Shown here one piece after another: positions 36,561-50,500 of a DNA stretch of 64,000 nucleotides. Every line of letters begins with the position of its first letter. Position 1 is the stretch's first letter. Made by a program: the position numbers and the translations under genes. The notes beneath the pieces were generated by a model that was not told where the DNA came from, ran no database searches, and saw nothing but the letters and a program-made list of their open reading frames with translations. Source of the DNA: Leucoraja ocellata (lineage: Eukaryota); assembly GCA_036785375.1 (NCBI GenBank), contig JAWMAR010000098.1, positions 3,286,001 to 3,350,000 on the forward strand. Direction: 5' to 3'.

Positions 36561-39500
36561 CAAGATGTATTGAGGGTCAACAAAATTAGTTTTGATGAAA
36601 CTGAAAAGCAAAGAGTTTTCTCGGCAGGAGGAGGATGGAACTTTGGTTCATCTTCTCAAAACTCTGCCTTGTCAAATGAAGTTATAAGTAAAAGCAAATG
36701 GCATTCAGCTTACTCTGCCATTTTCTCCTTCCATCAACAAGTGGAAGACAGGGAGAGAGTAAATAATCAAGCACGCAAATCGTGCACTTCTAATTCTCAA
36801 CTCCACCCAGAAATATTTAACCTAAAGTCATGAACCAACTTTATTTTGGTCAGCCTGTGCCAGGCAGGAGCCGTTCCACTTCCTCACAGATAGATGGTCA
36901 AATATAAGTAAGTTAGGTGCAGGGTTCATCCGTTTACAGGTAAAGAAAGAGGGATTCACGTCTGCAGAATTCATGCCTCTTCGTCCATTATGTTGCAGGA
37001 ACTTATATACGACTATCTCCCGTTATTTTCCGACGTGTAAGACAGCTGAGATCACTTCAGCTAGATGGCCACTTTACAGGCCTGCCATCAATGACACCAA
37101 CTGTTGAGAGATGGATGAGGGATCAATGACAATGACTGACTGGTGGGGAGATCCCAGTCTGGGTGGGAAGAACCATGGCATTTGCAGTGATATAATCAAA
37201 GTCTAATCTATAAACATGCAACTTATAAGACGGACCATATTCCACTGACTACACATCGCAGTAGCAAATCCCAGCACACACTTTCAGCGAGTCAAGTCAT
37301 TGTCAAGCAGAAATTTCACAAGTTATGTTCAGGTTTTTTTTTAAATACTGGTGGGTTTCTGCACAGGCCCCAGAGGAAGACGTATAATTAAAACAAATGT
37401 TAATTTATTCCAAATCTGCCAACAAAAATTACCACAGTCTTCAAATAAATCCAACAGATCAACCTTGACAATTGTAAGCACGAGGAGATATAAACCGAGA
37501 AATCTAAAAGTTATGTTATTATGTACGTAGAAAGAAAAATGCAGACACACACAAAGTAACAGATAAATGGACTATACATGCATATTGACTAATGGCGTTC
37601 AATTGTAAACTATCTAATTTCAGCATAAACTGACAGTGTCCTTGTTTGTTCTCAGAAACATGGCCAAAGTCAGTGGCAACTGCACTTAGTAACACAGGCC
37701 TGATTCTCCCTGCACTGGTCAGCAACTCTCTTGTGCAGAAGCAGAGAAAAAAAATAGGAAAACAGAAAATGCTGGAAATATTCAGCAGGTTCGGGCGAGG
37801 TCTGCAGAGAGAAAGAGAGTGTTCACGTTTCAGATCATGACCTTTGGCACATTCGCTGTTCGAGTCTCTATTATGTTTTGCAACCTATAAGCAACCGGAC
37901 ATGAGCTGGAGGAATCCTCCGGCTGACCACACTTGGGAGAGAAGAAAAAGAAAATGCAAGTCCACATCAGAGAAGTGCAAATTTACAAACTGGTCTCTCT
38001 TCACATTAAAGCCCACTTCTCCGAACGGAAAAAGGGAAATACAAATACCTTAACCTCGGAGCAGAAGCATCAGCGCTGTTCAACCAGGAAGATGACCACT
38101 GCTGGTACACAACTGGCTACTCTGCAGCTTGATCCTATTATGCCTGCATGCCTGTCGAAATCCTACAGAACACTCCAGGCTCCTTCCCTCAGCAAGGAGA
38201 ACCAAAACACCGCTCATTCTTATTTTTAAACAGGGATCGCAGGACCTCACCACTTTGTTATTCCTGTGGGTAAAATTCCCCAAACATCTTGAGCTTCTGC
38301 ACATTTCCAAAATCCACCCTGCCCTGCCTTTTCTCACACCCACATGGGAAATTGATGCATGTTTTAGTGCAATTCCCAATAATATTTTGAGTGGTGACCT
38401 TTCAGGTGAAATGTCTACGTTTAAAAAAACAGGAAACCAACAAAAATAAAATCAGATTTGTGTCTCTCACAACACAACTTAAAATGATATTCTGGGGTCA
38501 CAAAGTGCTAAAAGATTTTAAATAATGTGAACATACACCATCCAGGAATAGTTGCATGGTGTGGGAGTAACTAACCCTTCTCGTATCTGAGGTACAAATA
38601 TGCTCAGCTCACTAACTTGGCAGCATAACAATACCTTAATGTAATTAAACCAGCTAGCAGTTGTTAGCATTTGCATATAAATGCATGCACAAATCACTGT
38701 AAAACAAGCCACAGCAAGTCACTCTATTAGCATACGCAAATGCACCACGCACAGCCCTGTAGGTAGGTCACAGCATCACTCAGTTTGAGTGAGTGAGCCG
38801 ACAGCTTCATGCAGGGTCAAAGCTCCATCTGTCAGGAACTTGAAACACAAATATTAATGTTCTACCTGGATACTGGCGCCGGCCATGATTGGCCCTTATA
38901 CAGAATGAGAAAAACGCTCCCCCCCTCTCCAATCAAGCAATATCATACATGAAATAAAAACAGGCAAACACAAGGCAGGGGTGCCAATCTGTAATGCCCA
39001 ATCCAGCTCCAATTGTTGTTTGTAAGTACAATGTTGCTGCTACTCTTTTTTTTTAAAGCAGCAGCTAAACCCCCAGTATCCCAACAGCAGGACTCAGGAG
39101 GCTGCTTCCATGTTTTCATTTTAAACCTTAAATCATTGTTTTCAGACACTAATGGACCACGTTCAAAGGACGGACACTTTGGCAGCTTATTCATGCCCAC
39201 TCCTCACCTAAAGGAAGATAAAATTAATCTTTACTTTGCATTGGGAGGTGCTACAAAATGGCCTTCAAAATACCGAGCTAAAATTTACATTAAGAGATTA
39301 TGCACAATTGTAACTAAGGGCTACAAATTAATTTAGCAAAGCACATTCTTCTCAATGAGGTTACTTGAAAAAGGCCTGGGGAAAGCGGCAGTTGAGTACA
39401 CCAATTTTAATTAAATGCACGCTTGCATCCATAATTTTCCCAAACAGGCAGTTTCCTATCTTGTGTGAAAATCAGTAAGACAAGCAGAGAAAGGGGAATT

Positions 39501-42500
39501 TACTTTCTCCTTCAGATGAAATTGGTGAACAAGCCATCTGATCTACCAGATGATCACAAAACAGGAATCACAAAAGCCTCTGACCAGGCTAGCTACCTCC
39601 GCCATGCACAACTGGTTCATTCTATTAGCATGGGCTTAAAATGAAGTAGGATTGAAAGCAACCGTTACACAGTTAGAATACTATGTCACACAATGACATT
39701 TCCACCTTCTGCGAAGTGCATCAAATTGTACTTTTTTTTTCTTTTTAGCGTTTTCCCTCGTTAGTAAAATCTGTTTCTCTTCATTCTAACCAGATTCTGT
39801 CTAGTTAAAGTATTTACAAAATCACTTTCCCACTTTTTAGTTTTACCACATTTACTACAAACGACATCTAACCCCAAAACATCCATCCAATCCTCCTTTC
39901 TTCACACTACATCACAATACAAGTAGAGAAATAAAAACTAATCACAAGCTCTTCCATATAGATAATTTAAATATACACATGATACACAATGGTTTTTATT
40001 AGGCTCTGGTAACATTCTAGTAATTAATTTACTCCATTCCCACCCAGCCAACAAAACACACGCTTGAGGAAGCCTGATATAAATAACCAAAACAATCACA
40101 CACAAGATCCCACTATAATTGCAAAAGGTACGAGCTCCTAGCAGCTGCATTGTTAAAGTAATGACGTATGCAATAAGAAATAAGCAGGCAATGCCAGAGA
40201 GGGGCAGAACAGTTCCATTCCTGGGTTAATGGTGCGAAATTCACCAACTCTACTGGAAGCAAACTAAAACAGGTTCAGCTGAGCCAACGAATTCCAGCTC
40301 ACCAATATGAAACTGGAAACCCACTATCTGGTTGAGTTGTGTCTCCTTCAAGTCACGCCCTTAAAGTAAAGCCGCACGCCATGGTTAGCTTTTTACTTTA
40401 ACTGCGATGGATCACAGAAAGAAAGAAACAGGAAAAGGGAGGAAGGGAACTAAGGAGAAAGATTCCACGAGCGAAGTGTATCACTCCTTCATTTCATAAT
40501 GCATTCACATACACTTCAAAACTTCGAGAAAACGACTTGACTGGATGATACAAACCAAGGCAACATTTCAAGTCTTGTAGGTGCTCGAGGACGCAATGAA
40601 AAAGATAACACCCTGACTATAACGCTTCAAAGCCAGACAATAGATCAAATAATTTTGCATGTGGTCATTGTTAGGATGGACAGACTTTGATGATTTATTT
40701 TATTCTGTTGCAGTACATAGATATTAAAGTTGTTTTGATATTTAATTGTCATTCCAAGAGATGTCCATTGTGAGTTGTACCCAGGTCATTATACCGCTAT
40801 CCTTATTATTTTTCATGCAGATTTTACTGGATCCAGAAATTATTATAATTGTCTCTAAACGTACTAGCCAGGATAGATTAGCTGGATTCCTGCAATCTCA
40901 ATTAAAGCTGTGTCAATACAAAGAGAATGTTAGAGAAGAGCTCAAATTCAGCATTAATAGCCCATCGCATTTCTTCTCGAGATTAAGAATACAAATTGAA
41001 AGTGTCACTTAAAACAACACCAGTGGTTTGTGACTATGGATTTCAAATCTCGGTATGTCACTGTTAATTTGTAAGAGTGTTGGGAATATTGCCGTGGCAT
41101 GTGCCAATCCACTTCAAGCACTCATCATATTTTATGCATAAGCATTTTATTATTTATTTCACGAATGGAGGGGCGATGGAATATTAAGAGTTACACTGTT
41201 GTACATTGAACTTTTGCTCCTTCTCCCTCGTTTCCCCAAGGCTCATTTTTTACTCCATTACCCTTTCACCTCTGCAATCCCCACTGCACCTCGAATCTCA
41301 ACGGTGCCACCAATGTTGGTTTTGCCCTCTGTGAAATGAACCTCCATTCTGTGTCCCCCACAAGGCAGCGGAGATGAGGATTTCTCCAAGTGGAAAAATA
41401 CGGCGTATGCTACGACTACGGTCCAGTTTAAGCAGCAACGTACCATGTAATCCCCTTATCTGTGCCATTTGCTATTTTGGCCCATTAAAGAAAAGGGGGA
41501 AGCTTGCCTGTGCCAGCGGTGATATAAGAACGTTGAACATATGATTGTGCCAGAGTTCAAAGCCTGTGTTTGAAACAAGGGAAGTGAGAATAGGAATAAG
41601 GAAGCTTAATCAGAGTGAAGGGAGAAAGGACTGGAGCCTATGCCGCTGCTGCAAACTGGCCACGTGAATGCTACAACTGCTTTAAATGCTGAATAAAGAA
41701 GTCCAGGAGCGTGGCGATAGGCCAGTCTGAGACAACATAGGCCCATTTAGACTGCGACGAACATTTCTGCACCAATGTCAAAGCAAGTACAGACTTGAGC
41801 ATTTTCTGAAAAATAAATGAATCCTGGGAAAGCTGATTGTTTCATTCCCCGAAGTGTTTCACAGTATCTATAACTAAACTGATACTAAAGTCATTGTTAT
41901 GGTCGTTAAACAGAAACCCGTGTTTGGAGATTCTGAAAACCATGATAAAAATTTGATACGCACAGAGAATTAATTTTGAAAGATATTTTATTATATTTTA
42001 TGCAAACAAAATGTACATCATTCCCAAAGTGTCAGAGGCTTACTTAGTGTCTACATGGCAGTTATATTATTAAATGCAAATCCAGCTGAAATGAGCCTTG
42101 TCTGAACTGGCTTGAGTTCTGTCCCAGTACCAAGTTTGTTTTAGGTATACACGCACAGCTCAAAACCTGTTTAGCATAGTTTTGTCCCCCATACTTGCTG
42201 TTACTCAAATGTTGTCTATCTCGGCAGAAAGTCTACACCAGGCAGATGTAAGCTGTGCTCAAACTAAAGGCCGCTTCAGTCCATGTTTGTTCCCACCATT
42301 CCTGGCTACACCACACATTCTTTCCCAGCAGGCAAAATGGGCTGCAGACAAGGCTTTAGTAATTTCTGTACTTTATCTTCCACTGTTTAGATTCTGTTTA
42401 GCTCTTTAGTAACTGACACGGAAAGAGGCAATGAGTGACTTCACTCATCAACAAAGGATTAGTACTACACTGCTTACCTTATTCCCAGCTGCATATTCAC

Positions 42501-43872
42501 TATCATAATGTTAAACTATCTCTATTGATTGGGTTTGGCAATATATTCATAAGTTATTTATTGCCTGGTGGTATCCCCTTTCACAGAGAAGGAAACAAAA
42601 TAGTTTCTTTCTATTTGCAAGTGTCAGTGTATTGTTTTGTGGTGGATTTAGGTTTGATAAATGGAAGGGAAGACTAAACACTGAACATAATTCCACGCCC
42701 CCTAGAGCAATGACCATAGCTACTATACCAAACACAATTATTGTACTCGGCTTCGAAGCTTATGCAAATTTACACAAACATACATAATGTGCCAGCGTGC
42801 ATTTCATTCAAAGCCCCATGTTAAACAATGTTCAAGCGAAGGTTAATCTGAATCATTCTGCCTTGCTGCTCAAATCGGCTTGCCGTGCAAAGCCTGACAT
42901 CTACAGTTCTGTCTGGCATCGTCAAGGGCTGCATCATTTCCCACACACCCATTCAGTAAGCAGTCTCTTCACAGCACAGGTACCTGAAAGTGTGCACGGC
43001 CCTTTATTCCTGGCTTCAGTAGTGTAGTCTTTCCCTCTAGTCTATCAATCAGCCAAACCGACCAACAGAGGACCACTTGCTACTTGGATGCTTGTCCAGA
43101 TTGAATGGGATTTGCCCAAGGAAGTACAAACAATCACCATTCAGATCAATAGAAGCACTCTTTACACTCACTACAATATTAATTTTCAGTACATGCAAGT
43201 CAAAATTTTACTTCCATTTTCTGCAAAGTTTGGCTAAAATACTGCATTGATTTCATCTTGCCGAGGAAATGTAAACTACATTTTTGAAACACTGCAAAAG
43301 GATGAAATATATTGAATATGAACTGACTTTTCTACATCTGTCGCCGCCAAGCAAATTAAAATCTCCAGCTTCCTGTATTTTCTAATCAAAGGCAAAAATA
43401 TTAAAGATGTAGACAATGTGCATGTACTTCTAAAACTGCAAATGTCGAAACATCACACTTGCAGCTTCGCAGATGCTACGGGCCACGTTTTAAATCGTTG
43501 TATTGCAATAACGAACATTTGCGGTAAACGGTGCAAATGCGAGTTCCAATAACGCCTGCTTAGAAACTGCAGAGGTTTTGCCAAAACAAAACGAGCTGCT
43601 TCCACGAAGGTTTAATATTGACAGTCCCCGCACAGGTCCACACTTCACAAAACGTCCCATCAATGATCCACTTAAGACTGCTTTCACTCGGTGCTTCCCT
43701 TTTCGGGTGGGAGAAAAGCATCAAGCAAACAGTGACTCGCTCGCTCGGTTCTGTCAAAAGACAAGATAGCCTCTGAAGGCATTAAGGGATAGCGCTGGCT
43801 TCTGACACCACTGTGTTTTTCAAATACCAAATAGCATGAGCCCCTCCCCAGACACGCGTACATACGCGCATT

Positions 43873-43891
43873 CACACACACACACACACAC
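43873..43891. repeat. (CA)n microsatellite
   Basis: Short pure CA run. Confidence 0.9.
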
Positions 43892-46800
43892 AGACGCACA
43901 GTCCTTGCCAATTTAGAATTACCAACAAATGTATTGGTAAACACTATTGTTCGCAATGAATGTAGGCAATAAACTCCTTTGGCATTTTACTCAATGTTGG
44001 GAACAGATGAAAGCCCCACTCTGCGTGCCTCTAATTATTATCTACAGGCATAAATTAGCGGGATAAAATGGTTACATCTCGGTATCGACAATGCGAGTCA
44101 ATTGATGCTTTAAAAATAAAGAGGAAGCAAAAACACGTCCACTCTTTTCCCAGTAGCTGATCCACTGAGGTTGCCCCCCACACACATTTGCAAGTGAATT
44201 GCCCGACTGTGGGTGAGTTTACGGCTTTAAAAGCACCAGCTTTGATGCGTAAAAAGAGATCTGAAGATGAATTAACATATAACAATACCTACACTGAATG
44301 GCCAGCGATCTAATCGGCCGGCGCATACCCCAACACTAAATCACAGTCTTCCGAGACACCTAAATGACAAATGGAAACGATCAAGCTTGGTGGGGGGGTG
44401 GGGGGGTGGTGGTTAAGGGGGGTGGTGGTGCAAATAAACACCTCACAGTTAAAATTCCTCAATCATTTGTGTGCATTAAACTGAATATCATTCGTCTTTA
44501 ACGCCGAACGTCGACACCACTAAAACACACCGTGCCCTAATGAAGCAGCATTAACTGCTACTTGTCGTATTTAATTTTTAATGTCAGCTACTTTCCCAAA
44601 TGAAAGAAAAGCTGAATTATGGACGGGAATGCGTAATTAAATTTGCGCTTTTGCAATGTTTATTTAAAAAAAAACACTAACTGCACACATTTCCATTCCG
44701 TTCCTTATCATGTAAATTGATATACTGTACGGATCACTTACATTGGCTTGGAGTTGCTTGTGAACAAACTGCACTTAAGAACCATTTGAGTCCACTTTCT
44801 AAATATTGTAGCTCCAATTAAAAACGCATCACAAATAATTCTACCGTGCTGTATTGTCTGGGCCGCCGAGTCTCACTGTGGGACCTTCACTTAAGAATTA
44901 CAGGGTTAGGCACACGCAATCAAGGTGCAGGTTTAAAAATAGGTCTGACTAGGTATCTGCAACGGACCAAAATGCGGGCGTGTGTGAAGAAGGGGCCACA
45001 CATAAACGGTACCGCAATTAAAGTGCAGCATTACAGATTGGGGGGAAATATGAATAAGGAATTGGTGATCATGACCCTGACACCTCCCCTCCGTGACCCT
45101 CTCACCCCCCCTCCCCGTCATTAGCTGGGGAGAAGCGGCCGGCGGCTCGCATTGAAAGCGCATCCCCGGCGCTCGGTGTCTTGCGGCCGGAGGGGGGCAG
45201 GAGGCCGGCGTGATCGCCTCCTGACCACCGGTACAGCGCATCCTCGCCCCCACCCCCCTCTCCGCCCCCCTCTCGCCGCCTTGCGCGCACCTCTCGCCCG
45301 CCAGCGAACTCGGGTTGACCCGGCCGGGACGGGGAGGAGAAAGGGGAGGACGGGGTGTATCGCGGGGGTCAAATCTCTCTCTCCCCCCCCCCACAACCCA
45401 CCCGATCACATTCACACAGAGCATCACGCTGGAAAATCCGAGCTGCTGGAGCTGCCACACATTTTACAATCGCGTTGAAAATTAAATGTGTGTGTGTGTG
45501 TGCAATGTATAAAATAAATCTAAGTTGCACGGGAAACTCGCCAAGTCTTACTATTCAATAAACTTTGCGTTCCCCATTGATTTTTGTGTACAAAAGTAAT
45601 AAAACCCGTCTTCGATCTAGTATCAGATGAACTGAAATGGTGTTTGCTGTACAAATGATCTCAATGACTGATGTGTCCTCGTTCCCCATTGAGCCTCGAT
45701 TATCTGCCCATCTCGCCCCAGATCTCCACACCACTTCACTCCTGCTCTCTCTACTCCTCCACCCGTTTTATACTTATTCCTCTCTCTTCTCCCCCTCCGT
45801 CTCCTCCTCGAACCCATCTCCTTGTGGCATTCTCTTTGAGTTGCCCCGACCTTTTCCTCTCCTGATTAAATCTGCCCGGTGTCCCAGTCTCCCTGATGGG
45901 AGTCGATGCGTCCCTTTGATTTTCTCTGCGTTATCTCGTCCCAATCTGGGCTCCCTGCTCCTTCATCCTCCCGTCTCCGCCAACAACACAGCACCTCGCT
46001 GGCTCGCTTCCCCCTTTAATTCTCCCCAGTTCCCCTTCTCCGTTTCGTCTGTCGCCCTTTGCCCTTGTTTTCCCCCCTTCCTTTCATCTTGCCGTTCTCT
46101 CTCTCCCTCCTCACGTCTGCACCTCCTCGTCCCCACTTGCCCCCTCTGATCTTTCACTCTCACTCTCTCAATCTTTCACCCATTCTCCCCATCTCGCCAC
46201 TTCGCCCGGTCTGATCTTATCTCTGTCACTCACTGCAAGAGGTGCGTTTTTTTTTTCTTTCATTCTCTCCATCTATCTCTCCCTCTCCCTCTCTCTCTCC
46301 TTCCCTCCCTCTCCCTCTCTTCCTCCGGGATTTCTCTTCCGATCTGAGTGGAGCTACGCGAACTCTCCGGCGCTTTTTAAACACATTCTCCAAAACCGAT
46401 CGATCACATGTGACTGAGAATCCGAAAATAAAGTCAACACGGGATCAAGGCTTTCCTACACCACCGCTCCCTCCACCCCCCCACTACCCCCCCCCCCCCC
46501 CCCCCCCCCCAACCCAACATCTCAGGAACCGAGAAAGAATGAAAACAAAATCCCGAAAAGAATGATAAAAAAAATAGAGAAAGACGACAAAAAAAAAAAC
46601 TCTTAACCCCGCCGGCTTGCGATTGTGGGACTCGAAGAGGAGGGAGGAAAACAAAATGAAGAAAACTTGGAAATCCAACCTCTTTTAGCCTACCGCATCC
46701 CAACTAACAGAGCCAGAGGCAGAGAGAGACCAAACGGCACGGAGAAAGAGACCCCGAGCCCGGCCGCGGCAGCAAAGCGAAATCCCCCCCTCGCACCCTC

Positions 46801-47218
46801 TCCCTCGGAGAAAGACGGACCCTCACGCCGAGCTCCAGGCTTCATCTGCCGGCTACGACCCCGAGCAGCTGGCGGCACCTCCAGCAGCCCTCACTCCCGC
46901 GCTCGCACCGTGGCATATCCACCAGCCCTGCTCTCATCCTCTCAAACCCCAAGCAGATAGATATCACATTTACTTCAACAGACCGCTCGCAAGCCCCAAA
47001 AAAAAAACATTGCGTTAAAACAATGCTGGTAGTGGGGTCGGGACTGTGTTGACGGCTGGTCGAGATCAGGTTGGTGCGGATGTAAACATGCAGGTAAAAA
47101 CAAATCATGATAATAAACTTCAGTGTTCAAAGTTCTGCTCGGGTGCGATTGTAATTTTGTCACTGACCATTTGCGAATATTTTTTTTTTGGGGGTAAAAA
47201 AAAAAAAGAAAGTGCAAG

Positions 47219-47222
47219 AGGG

Positions 47223-47260
<38 letters not shown>

Positions 47261-47286
47261 GAGAGAGAGAGAGAGAGAGAGAGAGA
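47219..47286. repeat. (GA)n microsatellite
   Basis: Long GA run, with a second short run at 47381-47404. Confidence 0.95.
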
Positions 47287-47425
47287 AGCTAAAGGCTGTC
47301 GGAGGGAGAGAGGGAGATAGCGAGGGGCGCCGGCGATTTACTGTCATTAACACATCCACAAAGAAGAAAAGCAAAGTGGCAAGAGAGCGAGAGAGAGAGA
47401 GAGGGGAGAAAAAGTTGAAACTTAC

Positions 47426-47545
47426 GATTTTCCACCGTCTGCTGTCTGTGAAAAGGGAATGGTGTAATCCTGATCAGCTCGTAAAGATCCCATACAAAGA
47501 GTCTTCGGGGCCGGCGACACTCGCATTAGGACGGGCAGGACATTC
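47426..47545 (-). other. Candidate 5' exon (120 nt) of an unidentified gene
   Basis: Consensus donor AATC|GTAAGT at 47426/47425 and possible acceptor tttttgctctag|G at 47546/47545. One frame is open (..MRVSPAPKTLCMGSLRADQDYTIPFSQTADGGK) but I do not recognise the peptide, so it may be UTR. Confidence 0.5.
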
Positions 47546-50500
47546 CTAGAGCAAAAATTTCAGCGATCGCGGTGGAAAAGAGGGCGAAACTCGCAATGAA
47601 AAAAGTCGATGGATCTTTATTCTGCTAATTAGTTTCCGTGCAAAAATGGCTGTGATTAATTCAGTGCGCATGTGCTTCATTACGAAGGCACGACGGGAAG
47701 GGCTAATTAGCGACCTCGGATCAATATTCAAGTGACGCTTTTCGGAGTCAGCCACAAAGTCAGGAATATAGAGATATATATTTATAAAATGAAAAAAAAA
47801 ATACTGACTGGTACACAAATGCAAGCCAGAGGGGGGAGGGAATAAAGAATCTACTGTATATGTATAATAATAAGGCGATCTGCTTAAAAAATAACCCAGC
47901 CCCTCAGCATAGATTCATTAATTCTGCTCCTGATTAACAGCAGCCCCTGCTATCTCTTCCCATGACATCGTGGGGGCTTTTTTTTTTTTACCCCTGCTAG
48001 TATTAAGCGATCGTTTTGTGGGCAGATGATGTTTAATTTCTAATCCCCCTTCCTGTAATGCATTGTTTTAATTGCATTCTCCGCAAAACAATAACAGCAC
48101 GAGAACATCCTAGGAAGATTACAATTTTAGGGCTTTTTTTCAAACCCACGGTGGAATGGTGATATTTAGGGTGTTTTAGCAGGAAATCCTACTATTCAAT
48201 ATTTTGGGAAGAATTTATTTTTGACAGTGAATTTCGCAAGAATAAGTTGATTTAACTGTTTCTTAAGGAAGTCAAATTACTTCTACACTGATTATTGAAC
48301 TCCCTTTCCTTAAAATTCCGAGAAGTTTACGTTTGAATGGATAAAATTGAGAAACAGACTTAAGAAACTTGCGTTCGGCTCGCTAAATATCTTTTCCTGG
48401 TTCGCAATTTGTAATACATTTCGCAAAAACCTACATAGGATCTTAAGACAATACTTTCGTCTTTTTCTACATAAATTAATACTCGTTTTCTTATTTGCTT
48501 CTGAAATATTATTTTTATTGGGGGTTTTTCTCCTGATGTATATTACTGGCAATCCACATCACCTGAGAAAAGGGCTAATTCACCTTTCATGTGTTGTAGG
48601 TAACGTTTACACTGTCAAAGAAGATATCGTTTTAAATACAATTTAAATTAAAATGATACAATATTTTGCATGGCATGTGCCTCTCCAACTTTCCCGCTGT
48701 CGACATTGCCTTGAGAGTTGACGATTTGAGGGGCAATAATAGAGTGAATTGCATTGCACATAACACATTTCAGATTTAAATCTATCAGACAAATTTCCTG
48801 AAAGAAGAGACGAGGAAATCTAGGAAAAGACACAGTAGTTTGTCCAGGTTCCAGTCGGAGTTTTCCTATTGCTACTTCGCTCGAATTGGATTAGAAGGTG
48901 TTTTTATTCACTGTATTGAGCGGATGTAACGGAATTTGCTGCAATCGATCGGCGATCTTTCGAACAGTTTTCATGCTTGTTTGGAAGTTAATAAAAATAA
49001 ACCAGCCACACAAATAAAAGCCAAGGGCTTGAGCACAGTGTCGAATACCACGCGAAAACCAGTGTCAAGCAACAATTATTTTCTCTGTTCAGCAATTATA
49101 TAAAGCGCTGGATCAGTGGCAACTCTGCATTAAATATACAGCTGGCTTCGTGTCTTTAAATACAGTAATAGAGAGACAGACAGCAAGCTATTGTCACTAA
49201 AACTCTGGTGAATATACTTTGCATTTTACTTTTTACTATTTTGTTTTTTTTTTAACATACCAGCTCTTACAAAGTACTGATAAGTCTTTCTTCGGCGCGT
49301 GCTCCGGCTTAAAAATCAGCACATCTAATGATGTGCATTTTCTTCTCGATCACTTAACAGGAATAACGCGTTGAGTTGTACTGTCTTTTTTTATCTGACC
49401 TATTTACAATGTGTTGTTAACCGCTAAGTACTATATCCGAGCTTCTCTTAATTAAGCGGCATAGAGCAAGAAAAGCAGGCTTAAATATACGTTAAAATGA
49501 TCAATTGTTATTTTTCCCGCAAGCTTCCTATTTAAAAAAAAATCTATATGTTTAATACATTTCCACGTATGTATAATGTGGCTTGATGAATAAAACATGA
49601 ATTGCTCACAGAGGTTGTGGATGGGCAAAAAAAAAAATCACATTATTGTGGGATTGGAAGTTGCTCTTAAAGCGACATGGTGGTGATAGTTACCCAGGGC
49701 AATTAAGTGCTGGGATTTCAGGACACCGCTGGGCTTGTACGGGGGCAGCTTAACGGGGCCCGGGCTCTCTCTCCTGATTCTTTTTTGGATGAAATGATAG
49801 TGGACTTGAATGAATGAAGGATGGGCCGACGGTGGTTGTGTCTGGCTGGGGTTTTTGCAGGTGTAATGGCAGCGCCCTCTGATGTTCATCGTTGACCGCC
49901 CTAAGCAATTCTCATCTCTCCTTCCCAACCTGCTCCACACCCCCAGCTGTAAATATGTACATGCAGGCAACAACAAATCTAACATCTTCTCTGAAGTACG
50001 CCGGAGCTATTGCACGGGTTTAGATTAGAACATAGGAGGAGGGGGATGAAGACACGTTTGATTACAAAAAAAACGCAAGAAAATAGAAAATAAAATCTTC
50101 TGCGTCGAAATTATTTGGAAAATATTTTAAATTTATACAGCCATAGTTTTCTCCTTTCTAACAGTTTAAAAAAAACACATCTTTGCACCCTCTGCATACC
50201 TAGAAATACTGGTTTTCGTAACTTTCTAAAAGCACGTTTTTTTTAAAAGAAAAAAAACGCTATTTATTCCCATTCAGGCACATTCATGATGCAATTTTAA
50301 AACTATAGTCTACTTTTTAAGCTGAGTTAAATAAATTCTCGCTCTATCTAGATTGTTCACTGCAGGTCTAGCGTGTTTTAAGAGGTGGGTGAAAGCACCT
50401 TAATTAATAATTAATCTTGGTTATATTAATTCGTACAACCTTAAGGTTTGTTATGCATTTATACAGTTTTGAACAAACAAACGAATATTTCAGGGTAATC

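Larger units (their letters stand above)
45100..47760. promoter_or_regulatory. CpG island / promoter-proximal region of a minus-strand gene
   Basis: GC- and CpG-dense blocks at 45130-45480, 46600-47090 and 47500-47750. Motifs include NRF1-like tgcgcatgtgc (~47665), YY1-like aaaatggc (~47643) and two ctaattag homeobox palindromes (~47625, ~47703). Confidence 0.75.

Noticed and set aside
38049-38162. Possible minus-strand internal exon (ctgtag|g ... g|gtatt)
   Set aside because: Weak polypyrimidine tract and donor, and no recognisable peptide.
46688-46960. Possible alternative first exon ending at a GCG|GTAGGC donor near 46694
   Set aside because: The donor is only moderate and has no independent support, so it was left unannotated.
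47426-47545. Assigning a gene symbol to the candidate exon
   Set aside because: The peptide and leader match no gene I recognise, and no downstream coding exon could be identified in the window.
44933-47549. Long ORFs in the GC-rich region (e.g. 44933-45460, 45637-46149, 47046-47549)
   Set aside because: These are low-complexity translations of CpG-island and microsatellite sequence with overlapping frames on both strands and no recognisable domain.
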